A stretch of 64,000 nt of DNA, from positions 2,092 through 66,091 of the forward strand of contig JBAXZI010000001.1 in NCBI GenBank assembly GCA_041670385.1, read 5' to 3'. Positions 44,643-54,900 of this stretch are shown here, piece by piece. This DNA comes from Clostridia bacterium. GTDB taxonomy: Bacteria > Bacillota > Clostridia > Christensenellales > DTU072. A program made the position numbers and the translations under genes. A model generated the notes under the pieces. It saw nothing but the letters and a program-made list of their open reading frames with translations, was not told where the DNA came from and ran no database searches. The first letter of the stretch is position 1, and each line of letters starts with the position of its first letter.

Positions 44643-45905
44643 ATGTTAGACTTAAAATTCGTATGTGCAAACATTGATTTGGTTGCTACCAAATTAAAAC
44701 AAAGACATAGTAATTTGGATCTTTCTATAGTTGTTGAGCTTTCAAACAAGCGTCGTGATGCTATAACTAAAGTAGAAACACTTAAATCTGAAAGAAACAA
44801 AGCTAGTTCTTTAATTGCAGTTAAAAAACGCAACAAAGAAGATTGTGAAGATCTTATTTTATCTATGAAATCCAAAGGGGATGAAATTAAAGTTTTAGAT
44901 ACTGAGCTTAATGCAATAGAAACAGAATTACAAGAAATTATGCTTACTATCCCTAATATCATAGATGATAGTGTACCTATTGGTGCTGATGACAGTGACA
45001 ATGTCGAAGTAAGAAAATTCGGTACACCAACAAAATTCGATTTTGAACCTATTCCACATTGGGACATCGGTGATAATTTGAAAATTTTAAATACTGCTCA
45101 AGCAAGCAAAATTACTGGAGCTAGATTTACTGTTTATCACGGTTTTGGTGCAAGATTGGAAAGAGCAATAGTTAATTTTATGCTAGATACTCACTATAAA
45201 AGTGGCTATGAAGAAATTTTACCACCTTTTATGGTAAACCGTGACAGTATGATAGGCACTGGACAATTACCAAAATTTGAAGAAGATATGTATGCTATCA
45301 AAGATAGTGATTTTTATCTTGTTCCTACAGCAGAAGTACCGGTTACAAATTTACACCGTGATGATATACTTAATGCTAGTGACTTACCAATTAAGTATTG
45401 TGCTTATACCGCTTGCTTTAGAGGCGAAGCCGGTAGTGCAGGTAGGGATACTCGTGGACTTATTAGACAACATCAATTTAACAAAGTAGAATTGGTTAAA
45501 TTCGCACACCCAGATGATAGTTTTAACCAACTTGAAGAACTAACTAATGACGCAGAAAAGATTTTGAAAGAACTTAAATTGCCTTATAGGGTCGTTTGCC
45601 TATGCTCAGGTGATGTTGGTTTTGGTTCTTGCAAAACTTACGACATTGAAGTTTGGATGCCTTCTTACAATCGCTATGTAGAAATATCTTCTTGTAGCAA
45701 TTATATTGATTTCCAAGCTCGTCGTGCTAACATTAAATTCCGTGATACGGACGGTAGAATTAAGTTTGTTCATACCCTAAACGGTAGCGGACTAGCAGCC
45801 GGTCGTACCACCGCAGCAATTTTGGAAAATTATCAAAATGCCGACGGAACGGTAACTGTGCCAGATGTTTTAGTAAAATATATGGGCACAAATTTAATTA
45901 AATAA
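44643..45905 (+). CDS. serS: seryl-tRNA synthetase
   Basis: 420 aa with an N-terminal coiled-coil arm and class II motifs ([21 protein letters not shown]; GSGLAAGRT). Confidence 0.95.
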   Translation: MLDLKFVCANIDLVATKLKQRHSNLDLSIVVELSNKRRDAITKVETLKSERNKASSLIAVKKRNKEDCEDLILSMKSKGDEIKVLDTELNAIETELQEIMLTIPNIIDDSVPIGADDSDNVEVRKFGTPTKFDFEPIPHWDIGDNLKILNTAQASKITGARFTVYHGFGARLERAIVNFMLDTHYKSGYEEILPPFMVNRDSMIGTGQLPKFEEDMYAIKDSDFYLVPTAEVPVTNLHRDDILNASDLPIKYCAYTACFRGEAGSAGRDTRGLIRQHQFNKVELVKFAHPDDSFNQLEELTNDAEKILKELKLPYRVVCLCSGDVGFGSCKTYDIEVWMPSYNRYVEISSCSNYIDFQARRANIKFRDTDGRIKFVHTLNGSGLAAGRTTAAILENYQNADGTVTVPDVLVKYMGTNLIK

Positions 45906-46750
45906 TGCTAAAAAAAACAAAGGGGTGTGCATTTGGTTTATTCGCAGGTACAATTCTAAAAACTGTTGTATTAGTCTTTAATGCAATTATCCATGTCTTT
46001 GCCAAAATATTGGTGTTTTTAGGACTATGGATACCCTTTGTTTATGCACTCTTTGGTCTGACTCTAAAAATATTCTTTGGGTTCGACCCGTTTGACTTTA
46101 GTTTATATTCTACACTTTATCTTTCAGGTGGTTTAGCTTGTATTATTTGCAGTTTGCTTATTGGCATACGCAATCTCATTTTACGCCCTTCAAAATCTAT
46201 TTTTGAAGGCTTTAAGCATCCTTTATGGGAAAAAAATCGTGATGAAAACATAGAAAAAGATAAGGAGAAATCCAAACTTTATCTAACAAAAAAAGAACGA
46301 AAGAAACTTTCTCCTCCTGAAATTGACGATTTTTCTACTCAAAAAAGTAAAAAGTTGCAAACTGACTTTTTGCCACCTAGACCAATTAATAATCGTCAAC
46401 GTCCTATGAATCCCGTAAATTATCAACAAAGACAAATTCCACCTATGAATTATAATCCAAATGCTAATTATCAATTTTGTAATTCTAATATGGACCACGA
46501 AGTTCATAATGCAAATATGAACCATGAAGTTCATAATATAAATGCAAATTATGAATATCATAACCCGCAACTTCCTAATTCTAACCCTGCATATTTTGAA
46601 ATACCGCAGACTATGAATTCGGTGGAAAGACCTAGAGTTTATTTTAGCAAATTACATCCGGAATTGCTTATTCACGAATATTCTAATAGATTTGAAATTT
46701 ATAAAATTATTCATAATAATTCTGTTCTAGATAGGGTAGAATACAAATAA
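45905..46750 (+). CDS. hypothetical membrane protein with a Pro/Gln/Asn/His-rich repeat tail
   Basis: Three predicted N-terminal TM helices, a KE-rich linker, then the low-complexity region PPRPINNRQRPMNPVNYQQRQIPPMNYNPNANY..NMDHEVHNANMNHEVHN. The ATG shares 1 nt with the serS stop. Confidence 0.55.
   Translation: MLKKTKGCAFGLFAGTILKTVVLVFNAIIHVFAKILVFLGLWIPFVYALFGLTLKIFFGFDPFDFSLYSTLYLSGGLACIICSLLIGIRNLILRPSKSIFEGFKHPLWEKNRDENIEKDKEKSKLYLTKKERKKLSPPEIDDFSTQKSKKLQTDFLPPRPINNRQRPMNPVNYQQRQIPPMNYNPNANYQFCNSNMDHEVHNANMNHEVHNINANYEYHNPQLPNSNPAYFEIPQTMNSVERPRVYFSKLHPELLIHEYSNRFEIYKIIHNNSVLDRVEYK
46487..46540 (+). repeat. 27-nt tandem duplication inside the CDS
   Basis: AATATGGACCACGAAGTTCATAATGCA (46487-46513) versus AATATGAACCATGAAGTTCATAATATA (46514-46540), 4 mismatches. 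It encodes NMDHEVHNA / NMNHEVHNI. Confidence 0.8.
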
Positions 46751-47658
46751 TGGAAAATTCATTAAATAAGCTAGAAGGTATAAAAAAACGCAATAAAAAT
46801 AGAATTTGGGAATTGGATATGTTGCGTGGTTTTGCAATAATTATGGTGTTTTTTGACCATTTATTTTATGATTTTGCATTCTTTTTTCAATCTTGGCAAT
46901 ACTCAAATAGCACTTTATTAAATAATTTTCACGCTTTCGGATATGATTATGTTTTAGGCGAATTGCGAGGTTTTTGGCGACCTGCTTTTTTGTTTATTTT
47001 TATATTTACTTCGGGTATTTGTACTGCTTTTAGTCGGAATAACTTTATGCGAGGATTAAAACTTGCCATACTTGCCATTCTTATTACTTTTATAACTTAT
47101 TATGTAAATATAATTTTTGGGGTTGATTCATTTATCCTTTTTGGCATCTTGCATTGTCTTGCTTTAATTATATTAATTTATGCACTAGTTGAATTTCTAA
47201 TAAAAATAATAGTTAAGTTAAGCTATAAAATTGCTAAAAAAACTTATAATAACACTGTTTATAAATATGCACTATCTATAGTTTGCTTAATTCTTAGTGT
47301 GGTTTTTTTAATTATTAATGAAAAATATAATGTGAAAATATATGATGCGACCGTATATTTTGACACTGTAGCAACTGATTCTAAATTATTAGGGTTGCTA
47401 TTCTATACGAATAATTGGTGGACTGCTGATTACTTCCCACTATTTCCTTTTATATTTTTCTTTTTCTTCGGTGCTGGTTTATCACAATTTATTTATCCTA
47501 AGAAAAAGTCCTTATTACCTTGTTTGGATACTAAATGGCATTTACCATTTAGCTTACCTGGTAGATACTCAATTTTCTTCTATTTAGGTGCTCAAATTAT
47601 TGCGCTTGCTTTTTGCTTTATTTTGTCTTTAATTTTCGGCGAACCTATATCTATATAA
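46750..47658 (+). CDS. DUF1624 / HGSNAT-like acyltransferase-family membrane protein
   Basis: N-terminal R..ELDMLRGFAIIMVFFDH signature and polytopic membrane topology. 1-nt start/stop overlap with the upstream gene. Confidence 0.65.
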   Translation: MENSLNKLEGIKKRNKNRIWELDMLRGFAIIMVFFDHLFYDFAFFFQSWQYSNSTLLNNFHAFGYDYVLGELRGFWRPAFLFIFIFTSGICTAFSRNNFMRGLKLAILAILITFITYYVNIIFGVDSFILFGILHCLALIILIYALVEFLIKIIVKLSYKIAKKTYNNTVYKYALSIVCLILSVVFLIINEKYNVKIYDATVYFDTVATDSKLLGLLFYTNNWWTADYFPLFPFIFFFFFGAGLSQFIYPKKKSLLPCLDTKWHLPFSLPGRYSIFFYLGAQIIALAFCFILSLIFGEPISI

Positions 47659-47673
47659 GCCCGTAAAATTAAA

Positions 47674-47697
47674 AGACTAGGACATTTGCCCTAGTCT
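47674..47697. terminator. bidirectional terminator between convergent genes
   Basis: AGACTAGG (47674-47681), 8-nt loop, CCTAGTCT (47690-47697), with A-rich left and T-rich right flanks. Confidence 0.6.
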
Positions 47698-47724
47698 ATT
47701 TATTTTAATAAATTTTTTATGTTC

Positions 47725-48906
47725 TTATTTTAGTTTTAAGGTTATTACTGGTACTACACCGCCTTGTTTTTTGTTGGCTGGAATGAATGTATCACTAACA
47801 CCAAATTGATGAATTCTGCTCACAGAACTAGCCGAATTTGTGTGAGGTGAACGCAAATACCACCAACCATTATTAATGAAATTAGCATAAATTAATTTAT
47901 CTTTATTTAAGTATACAAAAGCACCCGCACTTATTGCGTATTCGGTAACTTTCTTTCTTCTTGCTAAATCAAATTCATATTCATCATTCAAAAATCCAAA
48001 GCTTGGTTTTAACACATTGTTATAACTTAACAAGCCTATTTTGTCTGATGTATTATTTTGTTCCATTGCATAAACATTTTGATCTTCGCTTATTGCTGTT
48101 TGTTTATTTTCAAAAGTGGTTGGCATAATAATCATTTTTTCCATATCCTTAAATGCTTTATTATATAAATCATTATTTAACCATTTTCTCATTTCACTAT
48201 ATTCCCAATTGTTTGCAAATATTTTGTTGCCACCAATTTTTTTAGTTCTTTTAGTGTTGTTATAAGCGTGGTTATCTATGATAGATTCAGCTAAAAGCAA
48301 TGCTTTATTGTTTTCTTCGGATAAAATACGCCAAATAATTGCTTCAACTTTGAAATAATATGTGGTTTTTTTCTTTATTTTTCTACCATCAGCAAATTTA
48401 TTTTTGCGACTAGCTGGTGTTGCTATAAATGCCATATATTCGCAATCATCAGAGCCTAAATAATAGCCATTTGAATTAGCAGATAAACTTACTATTTCTA
48501 CATCTTTATCTTTCAACGCATTTGGATAATGTCCAAATGTAATGTATTTACCATCTTTACATTCGTCTCCATATTCGTTTATTCTAACAAATAATCTATC
48601 ATCCACTTTCTTTTCTTCTTTTACTGCTTCTACCGTTACTTTTTCTTTCGCAATTTCAGCTTCTTCTTTTACTGCTTCAATAGTTGCTTCTTCTTTTGCA
48701 ATTTTGCCTTTCTCTTTTGCAATTTTAGCTTCTACTTTTTCTTCGATTTCAGCTGTTTCTATATCGCCATTTTCTTCTACTATGGTTTCTACATTAGCAA
48801 CTTCGTCTTTGCTTTTTTCTGTTTCTTCTGTTTGAATTCCAGTTACTTTTTCTATTTCTTTTTCATCAATAACTTTCTTTTCATTTACATCTTTTTTCGT
48901 TTCCAT
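47725..48906 (-). CDS. DUF6273-type protein with an acidic repeat N-terminus and no signal peptide
   Basis: The C-terminal 270 aa show the DUF6273 pattern (IIWRIL.., NNWEYSEMRKWLN.., DKIGLLS.., GWWYLRSP.., GGVVPVITL). The N-terminal 120 aa are Glu/Lys-rich repeats. AGGAG lies 7 nt before the ATG, 40 nt after the giant-gene stop. Confidence 0.65.
   Translation of the reverse strand: METKKDVNEKKVIDEKEIEKVTGIQTEETEKSKDEVANVETIVEENGDIETAEIEEKVEAKIAKEKGKIAKEEATIEAVKEEAEIAKEKVTVEAVKEEKKVDDRLFVRINEYGDECKDGKYITFGHYPNALKDKDVEIVSLSANSNGYYLGSDDCEYMAFIATPASRKNKFADGRKIKKKTTYYFKVEAIIWRILSEENNKALLLAESIIDNHAYNNTKRTKKIGGNKIFANNWEYSEMRKWLNNDLYNKAFKDMEKMIIMPTTFENKQTAISEDQNVYAMEQNNTSDKIGLLSYNNVLKPSFGFLNDEYEFDLARRKKVTEYAISAGAFVYLNKDKLIYANFINNGWWYLRSPHTNSASSVSRIHQFGVSDTFIPANKKQGGVVPVITLKLK
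48613..48735 (-). repeat. about 2.5 copies of a 48-nt (16-aa) tandem repeat in the DUF6273 gene
   Basis: TTCTTCTTTTACTGCTTC recurs at 48613 and 48661 (plus strand) with related sequence following. It encodes ..IAKE(K/E)..(T/I)(V/I)EAVKEE.. units. Confidence 0.6.
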
Positions 48907-48946
48907 TATAATCTCCTACTTATTATATATTTTGTTGTATTTATTT

Positions 48947-51900
48947 TTATATATATATTATTTCTTCAAAATCTGTTGCATTATTCTTAAATGTATTTTG
49001 GATAAATGCATTATCCTTATAGCTTGCTTTTCCTTTAATACCGACAATATTCTTTTCAAAGTTATTTTCCATAAGAATAATATCTTTTTCACCATCTATT
49101 TCTACGGCTACTTCTTTATTGCTTATAAATTCGCACCCTCTTATATATGTATTTTCTGAGGTATATACGCTTATACCGTATTTATTAGAATTATATGCAC
49201 AATAAGTGATTTCGGCACTACCGCCCATTAATTCTATCGCTTTGATATAATTTTTGAATATAGTACGGGTTACCATTAATTCCCCAGTATATGTGCCGCT
49301 AGCGAGTATCGCTTTATTACCTATATTTAGTCCATCAAAATAACAATCAACTATTCCTATCAATCCTGCTTTTGCCCCAATAACTATATTATTCGAATTT
49401 TCTAATCCTTCCATTTTAAGGATTTTCATAACTACTTCGCCTTTAGTTATTTCTACGCCATTAATTATACTTATTATTTCTTTATTCTCATTATAACAAC
49501 CAATTAAAGTTATGCTGGCATTTTTATTTATATATAATTTTGAATATTTACCATAAGTACCATCTGCATTTTTAATCGCGTTTAGGTATATAGTAACTTT
49601 TTCGTTAACTTCTACATTATTTATAGCCGTTTGCAATTCCGAATCATTATTTACTATTATAGCATCTTCTTCCGCATAAATCGTATAATTATTGTGATCT
49701 ATTACAAAAACATTATAATTAGTAAACAATTCTATTGTACTAGCAAACTCGTAATTGCCTTCCTCATTAATATATTGATACAAATTTCCATCTTCTATAG
49801 CACTTTTTAAAATAAATCTATAATATTCCTTTCCATCAACTCCCGCAATTTTGTCATCACTATATCTCTTTGTATAACTTACATCACTATTTCCGCTTGC
49901 AATAAAACCATCAATATATATAGGATATGCGCCTAATACAAAATAATCTTTTACTTCACTGCTTGTTTTTGGCGTATAGAAATAATTTTTATTGTCCGTT
50001 GTCTGCAAACCATCAAAATTTAGAAAACTATCATAATCTTTGATTTCGCTTAGATATTCGCCTTGTGCCTTTATTTCATCAATATTTATGTATAAATTTT
50101 TAGCTACTATCCTAATAGGTATATTTTCCAATAAACCATCTGGATAATTTTGTCCACCATCAATTTCTATAGTCATAACATAGTTGCCTACATTTTTGAT
50201 TTTAGTAGCAGTGCAATTAACCATATTCTTAACATATTTATATGTATAGGTAAGCGTAACGCCTTGTGGCAAATTGCCATTTTCATCGTTAAGTCCGCTT
50301 ACATATGGACTTTGATAATCCCCATTATAAGTTAATTCATCATCTTGAATATTATAAATAACTACCGGTTGATTAATAACTATTTTTGCACTTACATCAG
50401 TAGTTCTTATATCAAATTCATAATTTCCATTGTTATCTGCCGCTTTAATGCTATATACCACAATATAATCGCCTGCATTTAATGGCAATTCTGTCAAAAT
50501 TTCATCATTTAGATTCTTATATGTTATATTTGGTACTACTTCACTTATATATAAATTATATTCTAAAGCATCAAATACTTCCGCATTAAGTTCTGTATCA
50601 TTTATAATATTTAGAGTTTTCTTTATATAAGCTTTTTTGTTATCCATATATACTCTAGTTGCCGAACTTACTCTATCGTATAAATCATTATATGCACGAC
50701 TCTTTGCTAATAAAATATCGTCATTATTATGTATTGGAGATAGGTATTGGGTATACAATATTTCTTTTTCTTGCGCCGTTTGTGGCCAAAATTCTACGTG
50801 AACCATTGGAAGTCCACTCGCTACACTAATCGCTCTATATTCTCCGTTATAAGTGTATGTTATGATATTGTTTACATTCGCGCCTTCAAATACTATATCG
50901 CTAATAAGCGTACCCGAACCCATACCACCTTGTTTTTCTTCACCAAGTATTTTGAATGCGTTTACTTTTAGATTCATTATAAATTGTCCTTCACAATTAT
51001 AATCACTAATAGTTATTCTCATAGTATATTCGCCTTTATTGTGAGGTCTGAATGTTGTTGTATAAGTATCAACACTTGCCGAAGCTAATTTGTATTCTAT
51101 TACATAATTGCTTTCTGGCAATACTTCAAGTTCTCCATTTTCACGCAAAACAACTACTTTATCGTATTCTAACTCTAAATTAAAGTTATTACCATCATAA
51201 ACCTTTTCTAAATTTCTATTTTCGCCTTCTTCTACTACCAAATTTGAAATATCAAGTTTATTTATGTAAACTCTTATTTCTTTATACAACCATTGTGCAG
51301 TTGATGAATAATAATATCCTTTAATGGTATAGTAAGAATAGCTACCTGTAGCTTTATTTATATTTACATCTTTAAGGTCCCACAAAAATTCAAATGTTCT
51401 TCCATCATCAAGTTTGCCTCTAGGCAACAAACAAGATGACATTGGTTCTCCAAGTTGCCAAATTAGAGCATCTTCTTCATCTAACATATTTACATATTTC
51501 CAAGTATATTTGCTTACACCCGCAGTTAGGTTTTCATTGATTTTTACTTTGTCTATACTACTATAATTATAATAAACCAATGGCAATTCTACTTCAAATA
51601 GCATAGCCTTAGACCCTTCTTCATCTCCTGCTAAATAAGACGAACTATCATCAATAAAGTATCTACAAGTATAAACTACTGTTTGTGCTACTACATCGTA
51701 TTTTTTAGAGATTATTTGGAAATCAACTTCATCTCCGTTATTTGCAATATGTACAAACTTGTTATCAAAAATTTGTGGCATATCCGCACTACTAGAAATA
51801 ACTCGACCATTTGAATCTATTGGCATACTAATTTTATCGTATTTAACAAATTTATTTTCCATATCATCTAATTTTGCATACAAATTAGGTGAAATAACTT

Positions 51901-54900
51901 CTATAGTAAATTCTATATTGTATTCCAAATCACTACCTATGCAAGCATAAACATTGTTATAAATATTTCCTTTTGTCAATACAATATCTCTTATTGTTTC
52001 ATTCTTAAATGTTAATGGAACTTTACGCCAATCCGTAGTTTCTGCTGTTACTGCAAAGTTATAATAAATGAATGAATAGAATTTTTCAAGTTGTTCTTCT
52101 TTTGTTATGTTTGCAACATCGTTAGATATCAAATATATCGTGCCACCATCAACAAATCCGTTGGTAACACCACCCATTCCATCGCTTACTTGTGGTCTTT
52201 CCAATTTTACATCGTCTACCATTATTTTTAGCCAAATAGTCTCGCAAATGTAATTAAAGCCCACAACTATATATCTGTTGTTATCTTCAATAACTGTTCC
52301 TGCGACAATAGCAGCTAAATGGTCTTCACCATTTATTGAATTATAAGTCCATTCCACACCTTCAGGTATATTAATTTCTTCTCCGCCATTTACTTCAATA
52401 GAAAGATTATCAAATAATTCTACATAATATGGATTAACGCTAAATTGGTCCAAAGCCACCAACCATCTTTGCGAATTGTCAACACCACTAATATTGTCAC
52501 CTAAAAATTCGCCTAATAGTTTTTTCTCGCCATTATCACTTATTACATAAAGCTTTTCTACTGCTTTGTCCTTAACTTCAAAATCTATATTCCAAATTTC
52601 ATTTGTTGGTGTACCTACAAATGTATTTTCGGAAATTTTTGAGTTGTCCACTTTGCTAAATATAGCGATTGTTGTAACATTACTTTCATAATTAAATGAT
52701 ACTCTATTATAAGTATTATTTTCATTGGCTACGCAATAACTTAATATTCTTATTGCGGTTGCATCATTACCTTTTAGTGAATATTCTATATCCCCTAAAT
52801 CCCAAACTACATCATAGTAGTACATACAACTGCTATAGCCTTTTCTAAATTCATCACTTGCATAGGACTCATAATTGCCGACAAAAGAATCTGGTAAATT
52901 ATATTTTTTACTTGACACATCTACCATACTTTCTTGAGTTGGATTAATACAAATCTTATTCGTGCCTAATAAAGAATTGTGCAAATCATAATAATTGATA
53001 TAAAGTCCACTTTCATCTTGATTTCCGACTAAATTATTATTTTCAGCATAATTGCCCCAAGCAACCCAATATTTTTGTAATGTACGGTCTAAATAATATA
53101 CTGTCAAACCAATATTAAAGCATTCGCCTTTATCATTAATTGCGGTTACTGCATAACTTCCAGTATCTCCATTTAGTGCATTTCCACCAAATTCATCAGT
53201 TAAAATGTTAAATATTTCATCATAACTAATATTAACGTAACCCGCATCAACTAATCTTGATATTCCATTCTTATCTTCATAAGCACCATAAGCCTTAACG
53301 TGTGAAGGCAAATCAGGATTAAGTGGGTCAATCGTAATTTTATTAATAAATTTACTATTTACTGTTGGTGTACCACCACTTGTTATACTAGCAACATCAT
53401 CTATCGTCGTAATATCATAAAAATCTAAATAACGCAATTCTATTTGTGGATAAATATAACGATATCCGTCCTTAACAAATACTGTATTTGCTTGATTTCT
53501 CTTGCTATAATTGGTTAGTTCAACTTTATTTATTGTTTGAGTAACAGCCGAACCTTCTTCTTGTAATGACTGTACATCAAATATCAAATAATGCTTTTTC
53601 TTCAAAGAATTATTAGCTTCATTTTCACTAACGTGATCACTTGCATAGAAAGTATAATATATATTACTATTAGCCAACATTCTATCAAAAACTAATTGGT
53701 AGCTTGAATCTGAAGTATCTACAATTCCACTTAAATAATTATCAGTAAATTCTTGATTTATTTGTGTATTATAGATAGTTTTTATAGTTGCGAGCATATC
53801 GGCAGTAGCTATATTTCCTTCATAACTTTTTACAAATTCTTTTTTACTAGTTAGTAATAACTCATCATATATTTTTTGTAAAAAGTCAACATATTTTTGC
53901 TTGTTTACATTATAATATGCTAACTGTAATTCTGTCATAGATTCAGTATTTTGAATAGTAAAACTTATTTCACTATAATTTTTCTGTATTTCTAATTCTA
54001 AATATTTACTCGCTATATGTAGATTTGTTTCTTCTAATAATTCTATAAACATACTATCATAAGCTTGTTTCGTTTTATCGGTAAATGTTTCCACCTTACC
54101 TAATAACATATCATCTAATTCTAATAAGTTTTTATCTAGTTTTTCTGTTGCCATATTCTGCGCATCATAAATTAAATTATTATAAAGTACATATGTTCTT
54201 AATTTACACATTTCTGTTTCATAATAATCAAGTTGTGCCATATTTTTTTGTGGTATACCTAATTGTGCTTCTAAATACAATGCATCTAAAAATCCTTTTT
54301 TAGTTTCATTGCTACTATTATACAAATTACTATATTTGATTGAATATCCATAATAAATAGCAATAAGACCATCTACTTTTTCACTTGCTTGTAGATAATT
54401 ATTTTTATTTTTTATTAGATATTCCATTATTTCCATCATTTTAGAAACATCAGTAAATGCAACGCTCAATTGTGATATATAACTATCATTAATTAAAATT
54501 TGATAATCAGGGTTATTCGCTATTTCATTAGCCCAATAATTCGACAATGCTACACTATCTTCAGCAATAAATCCATATTTATCTAGATTTTCAAAGCTTA
54601 AATTCAAATTAAGATTGTCAAAAACAGTAACATATCCTTCTCTTATTCTTATTAAGTCTTCTGCATCATTAATTATTGTCATTTCCTTACTTAATAATTG
54701 GTCTTTAATATATATGTAAGCATTATAATTTCTTTTCTTACTTGTTTCCATCAAATTCTGATAACTATCATCTAATATTTCTTCAAAAGTATCGTCTTCA
54801 GTTTGTTTTAACTGGTTATATTGGTATATATGCGAATCAGTCAACAAATCGCCGTGCTCTAAATTATATACTTTTTGACTATAACTATTGGTAAGTTCAT

